From positions 1 to 64,000 of the forward strand of contig JBBRLQ010000011.1 in the NCBI GenBank assembly GCA_038231275.1: a stretch of 64,000 nucleotides of DNA. Direction: 5' to 3'. This document shows, one piece after another, positions 1-9,436 of the stretch. The position numbers were made by a program, and so were the translations under genes. The first letter of the stretch is position 1, and the number at the start of each line of letters is the position of its first letter. Origin of the DNA: Polyangiales bacterium. GTDB taxonomy: Bacteria; Myxococcota_A; Polyangia; Polyangiales; Polyangiaceae. Under the pieces are notes generated by a model that saw nothing but the letters and a program-made list of their open reading frames with translations, ran no database searches and was not told the DNA's origin.

Positions 1-608
1 GCGACGTGAAGCCGGAGAACCTCTTTCTCACGTCGCTCGGCGGCGAGCACGACTTCGTGAAAGTGCTCGATTTCGGCATCGCGAAGGTCACCGCGGTCGA
101 CTCGACGGTCACGCAGACCGGCTGGGTCCTCGGCACGCCCGCGTACATTTCTCCAGAAGTGGCCATGGGCAAGGATGCCGACGCGCGCTCCGACGTCTAC
201 GCGCTCGGCGCGGTCCTCTACTTCCTCCTCGCGGGCGTTCCGCCCTTCGAGCGCGAGAACGCCAGCGCGGTCGTCTTCGCACACATCAACGACGCGCCGA
301 CGCCGCCCTCGCGCGCCGGCGGGTCGCGGGCGCTGCCCATGGATCTCGAGGCGTTCGTCATGCGCGCGCTCTCGAAGGATCCGGCCAAGCGCTACGGCAA
401 TGCGTCGGAGATGGCGCTCGCGCTCGCCGAGTGTCGCCTCGCCGGCAAATGGACGTTCGGCGATGCCACGTTCGTCGCAAAGCAAAGCAGCCGCCCTCCG
501 CCGTCGGGCGGCATCCAATCGCTCGTCGTCGCGCGCGCGCCGCGCGTCCCTCAGATTGGCGCGCCTTCGGAGCGGCCGCCCAAGCGCACCGGCGATACGC
601 CGCTGTAG
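1..608 (+). CDS. Ser/Thr protein kinase, C-terminal part (5' truncated by window edge)
   Basis: DVKPEN catalytic loop, VKVLDFG, GTPAYISPE and SDVYALG motifs. Confidence 0.93.
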   Translation, partial: DVKPENLFLTSLGGEHDFVKVLDFGIAKVTAVDSTVTQTGWVLGTPAYISPEVAMGKDADARSDVYALGAVLYFLLAGVPPFERENASAVVFAHINDAPTPPSRAGGSRALPMDLEAFVMRALSKDPAKRYGNASEMALALAECRLAGKWTFGDATFVAKQSSRPPPSGGIQSLVVARAPRVPQIGAPSERPPKRTGDTPL

Positions 609-630
609 TCGCGCCGGTGACGCGCGGCCG

Positions 631-2160
631 TCAGGCGGGCTTCGTCGCGTCGAGGAACATGCAATACCCCGTTTTATCTCGCGTGATCCCGAGGCGGGTC
701 GGCTCCGGCGCGAGCCCGCGCGCGAGCGCCATCATGTCGGCGTCCACGCGGTACTGGAGCTCCCAACCCATCACGTAGTCCATCATCCACGTGGTATCTG
801 CGGCCTCGACGAGGTTGCCGAGGAGAAGTCGTCCACCCGGCGCGACCATCCCGTAGACGTGATGCGTGAGGCGCGCGGCGACCGGCGCCGGCAAGTAATC
901 GTAGAGGCCGGCGGAGTAGACGAGATCGAGGCCCGACAGCGTTTCTTTGACGATCCGTTTCTCCTCGTCGGTCTGTGGCTTCAATAGCTGACGCACGGAG
1001 AAGTGCAGGCAGGTGAGCGCGACGGGGAGCGCGCCCTGATGGCGCTCGACGAGGATCCGGCTGAGGCGCCGGTGCGCGGCCTCGTGTGCCGCCTCGTCTT
1101 GATCGAGGAGGATGAGCTCCAGCGGCCGCGGCAGCTGCACGTTTGAGTCGAGGATGCGCCGCAGCTCGATCGCCGGTCCGGCCGCGAGGGACAAGATGCG
1201 GACCGGCCCGGTGCCGGGGGCGCGAATGGCGTCGAGCACCGCGTCGTGCATGACGGCTTCGCGCGCGACGACCGTATGCCCGAGCGCGTAGTTCTGTCCG
1301 ATCGAGTGGAGGAACCGCCCGAACATGCCGTCGCCGGTGAGGCGGCGCGCGAAGTAGAGCTCCATCATGCGGAAGTCGCCGGCGTAGCCGAGGGGCTTGT
1401 CGTACGCGCGTCGATGCATCGGGCACGCATAGAGGAGGGGCATGAGCGCCGAGGCCGCGTAACTGCGCGCGTGCGCGCGAAGGCCGGGGTCGAGCGGTTT
1501 GCTGAGCTCGTAGAGTCCGGCGAGCGACGCGAAGAACTCCGCGCCCCAGTGCTCGCGCAGGCTCGCGAACAGGTGCGCTTCTTCTTCTTCCCGCCGCAGA
1601 GGGTCTTCGTTGTCGCGGCGCTCGAGCTCCTCGACCTCCACCTTCGCGTCCTCGAGGAGCTGGCGCACGTCCGACACCGCGGCGCGCCACGCGTCGGGGA
1701 GCATCGTCCGTTGCTCGCGCAGGACGTCGAGCCTCCGCTGCAGCGTCGCGTGGACGCGCAGCGCGCTGAGGTCGACGACGCCCGATTGAAAGCGCACGCC
1801 GAGGCGCGTGGCGCTCTCGTGCACGACGGTCGCCGCGCCCGACCAGATGGCTCGATCGCCGATGAGGATCTCGAAATCCTCGAGCACGCTGCCGGGCGGC
1901 AAGGACGTCCCCTCCGGCGCGGCCACGGCGGCGCCAGCGCTGGCGACGTCGAGCACCGACACCGGTCCATGCGGCATCCCGTCGATCCGAAACCGGCATC
2001 GAAGGCCGAGCGGAAGCTCGTCGGGCGTCAGCCTCGCAGGCCGGAAGCGCACCGAGCTGCCGCTGGCGCCGGTGAAATCGGCGTGCACCGGCGGCCGGCT
2101 CGAGTGACGAAGAGGGGGAACGGAGGGGCGGGGAGGGAAGCTTGATCGATGCGACGTCAA
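631..2160 (-). CDS. Class I SAM-dependent methyltransferase with N-terminal PilZ-like barrel (PhcB-like family)
   Basis: AYDKPLGYAGDF, ILSLAAGPAIE, LLDQD and YSAGLYDYL motifs; N-terminal LDVASAG...LGVRF; start (TTG 2160) uncertain. Confidence 0.75.
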   Translation of the reverse strand: MTSHRSSFPPRPSVPPLRHSSRPPVHADFTGASGSSVRFRPARLTPDELPLGLRCRFRIDGMPHGPVSVLDVASAGAAVAAPEGTSLPPGSVLEDFEILIGDRAIWSGAATVVHESATRLGVRFQSGVVDLSALRVHATLQRRLDVLREQRTMLPDAWRAAVSDVRQLLEDAKVEVEELERRDNEDPLRREEEEAHLFASLREHWGAEFFASLAGLYELSKPLDPGLRAHARSYAASALMPLLYACPMHRRAYDKPLGYAGDFRMMELYFARRLTGDGMFGRFLHSIGQNYALGHTVVAREAVMHDAVLDAIRAPGTGPVRILSLAAGPAIELRRILDSNVQLPRPLELILLDQDEAAHEAAHRRLSRILVERHQGALPVALTCLHFSVRQLLKPQTDEEKRIVKETLSGLDLVYSAGLYDYLPAPVAARLTHHVYGMVAPGGRLLLGNLVEAADTTWMMDYVMGWELQYRVDADMMALARGLAPEPTRLGITRDKTGYCMFLDATKPA

Positions 2161-2259
2161 TGCCGGAGAACAGTAGCGTGCGCATCTCGCAGCGCAAGGG
2201 CGTGAACGTGCGACGCGGGCTCCGCGCAACCTTCGCGCGGACTTGATAAGGTCTACGCC

Positions 2260-2943
2260 ATGCATCGGCTCGCGCTGGCTCACGTCGCCGCCCTAGGGGC
2301 AATGGTGAGCACGTGGCCGACATGCTCGAGCCGCACATCGGGGATCGACGTACCCGACGAAGGAGGCGCCGCGGACGCCACTGCCGCGAGCGTCGCACCG
2401 TCCTCCTCCGTCGTCGCGGCGCCATCCGCCGATGCGCCGATCTCGACGACGTGCGAAAAGGACTCAGACTGCCAGCCCCTCAACTGTTGCTTCGCGCTCA
2501 AGCCCGAGTCGTGCGTGACGCGCGCGCGCGCCCGGTGCGACGGCTTCCAGCTGACATGCGATCCGTACACGGGACCTCAGTACGCATGCGCGTGCGTGAA
2601 GGCGCAGTGCACGGGCAACCCGGCCGGCTCGAGGGACGACGCCGGCGCGAAGGACGAGAGCTGGGCGACCGGCGCGCTCGCGCCGAAGGTCGTCCTCGAC
2701 GCGATCATCAAGCACGGGCCCGACATCCGCGCGTGCCACGCCGTCGCGAAGAAGGCGAACGGTCAGGTGTCGATGACGTGGAACGTCCTGCCGACAGGCA
2801 AGGTCGACAGGCCGCTCGTCGTCCTCTCCTCCGTCGGGAGCACGCCGCTCTCGACGTGCCTCGTGAAGAAAGTCGGCGGGTGGAAATTCCCCCGCGCCAA
2901 GGGGCCGACGCGCGTGACGTACGACTTCCGATTCGGGCGCTGA
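2260..2943 (+). CDS. Exported protein with Cys-rich segment and AgmX/PglI (TonB-C-like) C-terminal domain
   Basis: N-terminal hydrophobic stretch; C-terminal IRACH...GQVSMTWNV.PTGKV...CLVKKV..WKFP...VTYDFRF pattern. Confidence 0.75.
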   Translation: MHRLALAHVAALGAMVSTWPTCSSRTSGIDVPDEGGAADATAASVAPSSSVVAAPSADAPISTTCEKDSDCQPLNCCFALKPESCVTRARARCDGFQLTCDPYTGPQYACACVKAQCTGNPAGSRDDAGAKDESWATGALAPKVVLDAIIKHGPDIRACHAVAKKANGQVSMTWNVLPTGKVDRPLVVLSSVGSTPLSTCLVKKVGGWKFPRAKGPTRVTYDFRFGR

Positions 2944-3419
2944 ACGGCTCGAAAAGGCTGCAGGAAACAGCCCGCTTCCAGCCGCGACGTAATCCGTTGT
3001 CCGCGGATCGAATCAATCACGGCCTCGCTCGTCGAACGAACGGCCCCCGCTCCCGGCGGCGCGGCGTCGGTGTGTCAAACTGCCTCGACAGACGAACAGA
3101 GACCCTTCAGACTTCCCTGCTCCTCTTTCTCTTCTTGTTCTTCTTGCGCTGCGCGACGTCGGGTCCGCGCAAGCGACCCGCTTCAAAACGATCGCACGGA
3201 GCCGATTTGCCGACCACGCGCGCGTCTCATCTACGCACGGCCCTCACGGGTTCGGTGATCGCCGCGGTTTCTGGCCTCGCTCGGATTCTCTCCTCTTGAT
3301 GCTCTCGGCGGTGACACGCCGTCGGGCTAGGCGCTAAGCTTGTCGGTTCGAGGTGCACTGGCCTTCCTCTCGCGGCGGCCCGGTGTTTGGTTGGAAACCC
3401 CCACTTCACGGAGATCCCT

Positions 3420-5297
3420 TTGCAAACAAAGTCGTCCTTTCTGCGCGCTGCGTGCGCGCTTCCGTTCATTGCCGTCTCCGTCGTGGGCGGGTGTACCTCC
3501 GAGAGCAGTCCGGTCCAGAAGGTCGGCAGCACGACCGCTGCCGCGACCGCGCCGGCGCGCAAGGCGATCTACCCCGTGCGCCGCGGCCCTGTCGCACCGC
3601 GCGATCCGAACGCACCGATCATCAAGCTCAAGTACTACGGCGGCCGCGTGCTCTCGCACGTCGAGGTGGTCCAGGTCCTCTGGGGGTCCGGGCTCAACAC
3701 CGACATCCAGAACAAGATGGGCGGCTACTACACCGCGGTCCTGAACAGCGGATACATGGACTGGCTGGGCGAGTACGACACAATCAAAGTCCCGGCCAAC
3801 CTCAAGATCACCAACGGGCATGCGGACACGAACCAGCATATTGGGCGCGGCACGTTCTTGAAGACGGTCGACATCACGCCGTCGGTCACCGCCACGACCA
3901 TCACCGACAGCGAGATCCAGACGGAGCTCACCGCGCAAATCGACGCCGGCAAGCTCCCGGCGCCGAGCCCCGACGACGTAGGCGGCTACCGGACGCTTTA
4001 CATGTTCGACTTCCCCGCGACCATCACGAGCATCACGCAAGACAACGGTGACGCGTCTTGCACGAAGTTCTGCGGCTACCACGGAACCATCGTCTACAAG
4101 GGGAAGAACCTCGCGTACGGCGTCCACCCCGACCTCGGTTCGAACGGGTGTGAGTCGGCCTGCGGCCAAGCGGCCACGCGTTTTGGCAACGACACCGAGA
4201 TCCACGCCCACGAGCTCATCGAAGCCACGACCGATCCGGACGTCGGAATCGGCACCGCTGTGGACTACCCGCTTGGCTGGTACGACACGGCGGGCGGTGA
4301 GATCGGCGACATCTGCGCGAACGACGTCCAGGGCACGGGCACGAGTATCGCGACCGTTGCGACCTACGAGGTCCAGACGGAGTGGTCGAACGCGCAGGGC
4401 AAGTGCACGGCGGTGGTCGCCGGCCTGCCGCCCTGCGTCGACGGAAAAGGCGCCGCGTGCGGTCCCTGCGCCGCGGACGCGGACTGCAGCGGCGCCACGC
4501 CGGTCTGCGCGACCGACGCCAGCGACTACAAGGTCGGCACCTGCGTCCAGTGCAAGGACATCACGAAGTGCACGGGCGGCGACGTCTGCAACAAGTCCGC
4601 GACGTCGAAGGACGACACGTGCGGGCCGTGCTCTGCGGACAAGGAGTGCCCGACGGCGGCGCCGAGGTGCCTGATCGCAGGCGGCGGCGGCGGTGACGCG
4701 GGCTCGGACGCGGCCACCGACGCGGGAAGCGGCGGCGGCGGCAAGTGCGTCGAGTGCACGGTCGCCGACGACTGCAAGGCGTCGACGAAGGGCCCGGTCT
4801 GCGACACGACGACGAACGCGTGCCGCGGCTGCAAGTCGGACACCGAGTGCACGACGGCCGGCACGCACTGCGTGACCGACGCGAGCTCGGCCAACGCGGG
4901 CAAGTGCGAGCAGTGCGTGAAGGACGCGGACTGCACGGGCGGCACCGTCTGCGACACCAAGAAGAACACCTGCGTCGGCTGCACCACCGGCGCGCAGTGC
5001 AAAAACCCCAAGCCAGCGTGCGACACGACGGCGGGCGCCTGCGCGACCTGCAAAGCGAACGCGGATTGCGCGTCGGCGGCGGATGGCCCGGAGTGCAACA
5101 CGGCGGCCGGCACCTGCGGTGCGGTCGGAACCGGCGGCAGCAGCGGCAGCAGTGGCGGCGGTGGTGGCGGCGGCACCACCACGAGCAGCGGCTGCGCGGT
5201 GAGCAACGTCGGCGGCAACTCGCAGGCGGCGTTCGGCTTCGGCGGCGCGCTCCTCGCGCTCGGTTTGGTCGTTCGGCGTCGCCGCAACGGTCGCTGA
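3420..5297 (+). CDS. MYXO-CTERM surface protein: PHI-1/EXORDIUM-like N-domain (HELIE motif) plus Cys-rich repeats
   Basis: GGAG RBS before TTG 3420; lipobox-like VGGC; YYGGRVL, FCGYH, HAHELIEATTDP, GEIGDIC; C-terminal GCAV..TM..RRRR. Confidence 0.85.
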   Translation: MQTKSSFLRAACALPFIAVSVVGGCTSESSPVQKVGSTTAAATAPARKAIYPVRRGPVAPRDPNAPIIKLKYYGGRVLSHVEVVQVLWGSGLNTDIQNKMGGYYTAVLNSGYMDWLGEYDTIKVPANLKITNGHADTNQHIGRGTFLKTVDITPSVTATTITDSEIQTELTAQIDAGKLPAPSPDDVGGYRTLYMFDFPATITSITQDNGDASCTKFCGYHGTIVYKGKNLAYGVHPDLGSNGCESACGQAATRFGNDTEIHAHELIEATTDPDVGIGTAVDYPLGWYDTAGGEIGDICANDVQGTGTSIATVATYEVQTEWSNAQGKCTAVVAGLPPCVDGKGAACGPCAADADCSGATPVCATDASDYKVGTCVQCKDITKCTGGDVCNKSATSKDDTCGPCSADKECPTAAPRCLIAGGGGGDAGSDAATDAGSGGGGKCVECTVADDCKASTKGPVCDTTTNACRGCKSDTECTTAGTHCVTDASSANAGKCEQCVKDADCTGGTVCDTKKNTCVGCTTGAQCKNPKPACDTTAGACATCKANADCASAADGPECNTAAGTCGAVGTGGSSGSSGGGGGGGTTTSSGCAVSNVGGNSQAAFGFGGALLALGLVVRRRRNGR

Positions 5298-5341
5298 GAA
5301 ACGGCTCGGCGCGGCATCGTCCGCGTCGGTGAACCACGCGT

Positions 5342-5380
5342 CCGCGCGGGCTCCTTCGGGGGCTCGCGCGGTCGTGTTTT
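5342..5380 (+). terminator. Putative intrinsic terminator
   Basis: 13-bp stem CCGCGCGGGCTCC-TTCG-GGGGCTCGCGCGG (two G-U pairs) followed by TCGTGTTTT. Confidence 0.6.
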
Positions 5381-5474
5381 GTGGGGAAATTTCCCCGATT
5401 TCCACTGGCGCATTTTCCCACGGGCGCACACGCGGGCCGAACGCTAGAGTGCAGCTCTTCCGAGGAGCTCCAGA

Positions 5475-7277
5475 ATGATCGTTGGGCGTGGGTCTCGTGG
5501 TGTTGCGGCGCTATTTCTCCTTCCGGTCCTGGGCTCGTTCGCGGCCTGCTCGACAGAGCTCACGGCTCCTGTGGGCACCGGATCGACCGGCGAGGCGCTC
5601 GAGGGGACGTACTACGCCCCGCGCTACGTCATGCCGATGCGCAACGCCGACGGGACGCCTCGCGCGGAACGAGCTCCGCAGTCCCGGCCGTCCGGCCCGC
5701 GCGTCGACGTGCCGAACCGCCAGCTGAACTACCACGGCGGTCCGGTCATCTCCGCCGTCAAGGTCAACGCGGTCTTCTGGGGACCCAACACCAACGCCAC
5801 CGTCAAGGCGGCGCTCCCCGGCTACTACACCACCATCACCAACAGCCCCTATTTTGACTGGCTCACCGAGTACAACGCCGTCGGCACAATCGACGGTGCG
5901 GTCGGCACCGGCCAGACGATCGGTCGCGGCACCTACGGCGGCTCCTACACGATCACGCCGGTCAACACCGCGACGACGATCACCGCCGCGCAGATCGGCA
6001 CCGAGCTCGCCGCGCAGATCACGTCCGGGGGCGTCCCCGCTCCGGAGTTCGATGCGCTCGGCTACCCGAAGTCGATCTACATGATCGACTTCCCGCCGGG
6101 CATCACCATCAAAGAGGGCTCCGGCACCTCGTGCGTCCAGTTCTGCGCGTTCCACTACTCCACGCGCATCAACGGCAAGGACATCCCGTTCGGCGTTCAC
6201 CCCGACATGGGGCCTGGCAGCCCGTGCGCGTCCGGCTGCGGCGGCGATCCGACCTTCGTCAACAACGTCACGCGCGTCCACGCGCACGAGCTCATCGAGG
6301 CCGTCACCGACACGTCGATCGTCAACTCCGCCTGGTACAGCAACGCCAGCGGCCAAGAGATCGGGGACATCTGCAACGCGCAGCCCGGGACGATCGGCAC
6401 GTACGTCGTGCAGCTCGAGTGGTCGAACAACAAGGGCGCGTGCATTCTCTCCAACATCTGCGACGGGACCTCGACGCCGCCGGCCTGTCAGATCTGTACG
6501 GCGGGCGACTGCATCGCGCCCAAGTCCGTGTGCGTCACCAAGGCGGCCGACGCCAGGTACGGCCAGTGCGTGCAGTGCGAGGACAACACGAAGTGCACCG
6601 GCGTGACGCCGATCTGCGAGCGCGCGGCCGGCGCGGGCTACGACGTGTGTCGCGCATGCACGGCCGAGGCCGAGTGCACCGGCAAGCACTGCGCGCTCGG
6701 CAGCTCGGATCCCTACAAGGGGAGCTGCGTGCAGTGTACACAGGATGCGCACTGCACCGCTCCGCAGGTCTGCAACACCGCGACTGACACGTGCGTCGCG
6801 TGCCTCTCGAACGGCCAGTGCACTAACCCCACGCCCGTCTGCGGCAACGGGAGCACCTGCCGCGGCTGCACGACGGGCGCGGAGTGCGCGAACAACCCGA
6901 AGGGGCACTCGTGCAGCACCGGCGGGAGCTGCGTCGAGTGCGCGGCCGACACCGACTGCAACGATCTCTCGAAGCCCGTATGCAACACGTCCACGAACGT
7001 GTGCGTCGCGGGGACGCCCGGCCAGGACGGCGGCTCGAGCGGAAGCTCCGGCACGAGCGGCACCAGCGGCACGTCTGGCACGTCGGGCGCGAGCGGCAGC
7101 TCCGGAACGAGCGGCACGAGTGGCAACGGCGCGGACAGCGACGGCGGCACCGGCGGCGGCGGCTCTTCCAGCGGCTGCGCGGTCGGCGCGCGAGGTACTT
7201 CGTCGGGACCGTTCGGTCTCGCGGGCGTGCTCGTCGGTCTCGCGCTCGCCTTGGGCGCGCGTCGTCGTCGCGCGTAG
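5475..7277 (+). CDS. Paralogous MYXO-CTERM surface protein (PHI-1-like N-domain plus Cys-rich repeats)
   Basis: GAGGAG RBS; FAAC lipobox; YHGGPVI, FCAFH, HAHELIEAVTD, QEIGDIC; SGT repeats; GCAV..TM..RRRRA. Confidence 0.87.
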   Translation: MIVGRGSRGVAALFLLPVLGSFAACSTELTAPVGTGSTGEALEGTYYAPRYVMPMRNADGTPRAERAPQSRPSGPRVDVPNRQLNYHGGPVISAVKVNAVFWGPNTNATVKAALPGYYTTITNSPYFDWLTEYNAVGTIDGAVGTGQTIGRGTYGGSYTITPVNTATTITAAQIGTELAAQITSGGVPAPEFDALGYPKSIYMIDFPPGITIKEGSGTSCVQFCAFHYSTRINGKDIPFGVHPDMGPGSPCASGCGGDPTFVNNVTRVHAHELIEAVTDTSIVNSAWYSNASGQEIGDICNAQPGTIGTYVVQLEWSNNKGACILSNICDGTSTPPACQICTAGDCIAPKSVCVTKAADARYGQCVQCEDNTKCTGVTPICERAAGAGYDVCRACTAEAECTGKHCALGSSDPYKGSCVQCTQDAHCTAPQVCNTATDTCVACLSNGQCTNPTPVCGNGSTCRGCTTGAECANNPKGHSCSTGGSCVECAADTDCNDLSKPVCNTSTNVCVAGTPGQDGGSSGSSGTSGTSGTSGTSGASGSSGTSGTSGNGADSDGGTGGGGSSSGCAVGARGTSSGPFGLAGVLVGLALALGARRRRA

Positions 7278-7303
7278 GAAGAAGAAAAAGAAGAACGCGG
7301 ACG

Positions 7304-7762
7304 TCAGGGGAGCCGGACGGCGCGCACGCGGACCTCGGTGTCTCCTTTGGGGCGCCGGAGGGTCGCGTCGTCCCCCGGCTTCTTCCCGACGAGCGCGCGC
7401 GCGAGCGGCGAGGCGATGCTGAGGCGCCCCGCCGGGAGATCCGCCTCGTCGGGGCCGACGAGCTGGTAGGTCGTCACTGCGCCGTCCTCGTCCTCGAACT
7501 CGACGAGGGCGCCGAAGCCCGCGCCGCCGTCCTCGAGCGCCGGCTCGCGCGCGTACACCGTCTCGAGGATGCGCCCCAGCACGCGAAGCCGCCGCGCCTC
7601 CGCCGGTGATGCGCCCGCGCCGCGTGACGCGAGCTCGGAGTGCTCGGCACGAAGGCGCGCGAGCCCGCCGGGCGTCACCGGCTGCGGCTCGCTCGAGCGC
7701 GGCGGGAGGAGCTCTTCGACCGGCGTGTCGCCGTCGTCCTCCTTGGTGAAGGCCTTCGACAT
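7304..7762 (-). CDS. GreA/GreB-family elongation factor-like protein (short form)
   Basis: MSKAFTKEDD start; FGALVEF, YQLVGPDEAD and SIASPLARALVGK C-domain. Confidence 0.85.
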   Translation of the reverse strand: MSKAFTKEDDGDTPVEELLPPRSSEPQPVTPGGLARLRAEHSELASRGAGASPAEARRLRVLGRILETVYAREPALEDGGAGFGALVEFEDEDGAVTTYQLVGPDEADLPAGRLSIASPLARALVGKKPGDDATLRRPKGDTEVRVRAVRLP

Positions 7763-7793
7763 CCGGAGAGCATAGTCCGCAAACCGCGAGGGG

Positions 7794-9185
7794 TCAGTTC
7801 AGCGATTCGGTCCGCACGGAGAGCACGTAGTCGCCGGTGGCCGCGACGCCGCTGCCGACACCGTAATAGGAAGACACGTAGAGCCAGACCGCGCTGCCCG
7901 CCGGGATCGTCACGCCCTTGCCGCCCGCTTTCGTCAGGCCGGCCCACTGCGTGATGCATTCGGTCGGATCGCTGGTGTCCGTGCACTGATCGTTCACGCC
8001 GACCGAGCACGCCATGCGCTGCGCGTCGTTCGTCGGGTTCGACGTGTACGACGCGATGATCGTATCCAGCGTGGGCGCGCCGGTCGTCGCCGCCTTGGAG
8101 GTCCACACCGAGACCGTGGCGATCTGGAGCGTGGGGTTCACGACGCGCACCATCTGGTAGCTCGACACGGTCGTCGTGATGGTGCCGTTCGGGCAGACGT
8201 CCGAGAACTCGAGGCGCGGCGCGACGAGGTTCGGATCGAGCGTGAGCGTCGCCGTGGTCTTCGTGCCGACGGTCCCCGAGAGGGTCATCGAGGGGTTTGT
8301 CACAGGCAGGCACGAGGCGCCCGATTTGACGTAGCCGAAGTTGCACGTAAAGGCGCACGCGCCCGCCGCGCACGACGCGACGCCGTTGGCGGGGGCCGAG
8401 GGGCACGTGACGCACGACGCGCCGCACGCGGCGACGCTGGTGTCGCTCGCGCAGCTGCCTCCGCAGCGATGGAAGCCGGTCGCGCACGTGAAGTCGCACG
8501 AGACTCCGTCGCACGAGGCGAACGCGTTGGCGGGCGGCACGCACGGGGTGCACGACGTGGTCCCGCAGCCCGACACGCTGGTGTTGGCGAGGCAATCCGA
8601 GCCGCAGGCGTGGTAGCCGGCGCTGCACGTCGCGCCGCACGCGGTCCCGTCGCAGGTCGCGGTGCCGCTGCTCGGGGTGGGGCAGGGGGTGCACGCGGCG
8701 CCGCACGTGGCGACGCTCTTGTTGCTGGTGCACACGCCGCCGCAGGCGTGCTGGCCCGGGTCGCATTTGACCGTGCACTGGAAGGCGACGCACGCGGGCT
8801 GTCCGCCGCCGAGCGGGGGTGCGCACGCGGCGCCGCATCCGCCGCAGTTGAGGGGATCGGTCTTTACGTCGACGCAGGCGCCGCTGCAGTTGGTGAGGCC
8901 GCTTGCGCAGCCGGTGGTGCCGCCGTCGCCGGAGGTGGGAGGGGGCGCGGTGCCGTCGCCGGGGTGGCCGCCGTCTTCGTGGCCGGTGCCGCCGGTCGAG
9001 TCGGGGCCGCCGTCGGCCTCGGTGGAGGGGAAGAACTGCGCCGCGTCCGATGCGCCGCCGCCGCAGCCGATCGCGGCGACGGCAACGGCCACCTCGAGCG
9101 CGAGTGCGAGGGCGACGGGCGTGATGACGCAGGTGGTGGAGGAGAGCGAGGCAAGGGCGCGCGAAGGGGAGGTGAAGATGGGCAT
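7794..9185 (-). CDS. Cys-rich secreted lipoprotein
   Basis: AIGC lipobox, DGG linker, repeated C-x-x-G-x-H-x-C / DPLNCGGCG units. Confidence 0.8.
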   Translation of the reverse strand: MPIFTSPSRALASLSSTTCVITPVALALALEVAVAVAAIGCGGGASDAAQFFPSTEADGGPDSTGGTGHEDGGHPGDGTAPPPTSGDGGTTGCASGLTNCSGACVDVKTDPLNCGGCGAACAPPLGGGQPACVAFQCTVKCDPGQHACGGVCTSNKSVATCGAACTPCPTPSSGTATCDGTACGATCSAGYHACGSDCLANTSVSGCGTTSCTPCVPPANAFASCDGVSCDFTCATGFHRCGGSCASDTSVAACGASCVTCPSAPANGVASCAAGACAFTCNFGYVKSGASCLPVTNPSMTLSGTVGTKTTATLTLDPNLVAPRLEFSDVCPNGTITTTVSSYQMVRVVNPTLQIATVSVWTSKAATTGAPTLDTIIASYTSNPTNDAQRMACSVGVNDQCTDTSDPTECITQWAGLTKAGGKGVTIPAGSAVWLYVSSYYGVGSGVAATGDYVLSVRTESLN

Positions 9186-9262
9186 CCGACGAGCCGGTTT
9201 ACGCGCCGACGGCGGCGTTTCTCCCCTTGGCGTGACGAGGGTTGGTTCGCAGGTGCGCGCTC

Positions 9263-9395
9263 GGCTTGTCGGGGTCGCCCCTCCTTCGCCCCTGGCGGGG
9301 GGAGCCCTCGCGCCGGCGCCGCGGTGGATCCGCGTTGCAGGGGCGCCGGCGCGTGGTGTCCTTACGGGGCGAAGGAGGGGCGACCCCGACAAGCC
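9263..9395. repeat. 133-bp intergenic element with perfect 30-bp terminal inverted repeats and an inner 12-bp inverted repeat
   Basis: GGCTTGTCGGGGTCGCCCCTCCTTCGCCCC (9263-9292) is the exact reverse complement of 9366-9395; inner pair 9309-9320 / 9342-9353. Confidence 0.9.
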
Positions 9396-9436
9396 TTTTG
9401 GGAGAACAGGGGTCGGGGGAGGCGGACGACTTCTCG

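Noticed and set aside
5383..5396. Perfect palindrome GGGGAAATTTCCCC
   Set aside because: Single copy with no second instance in the window; insufficient to call an operator.
3327..5431. Long antisense and alternate-frame ORFs here and throughout the window
   Set aside because: Arg/Ala/Pro-rich shadow ORFs expected at high GC; they overlap motif-bearing genes.
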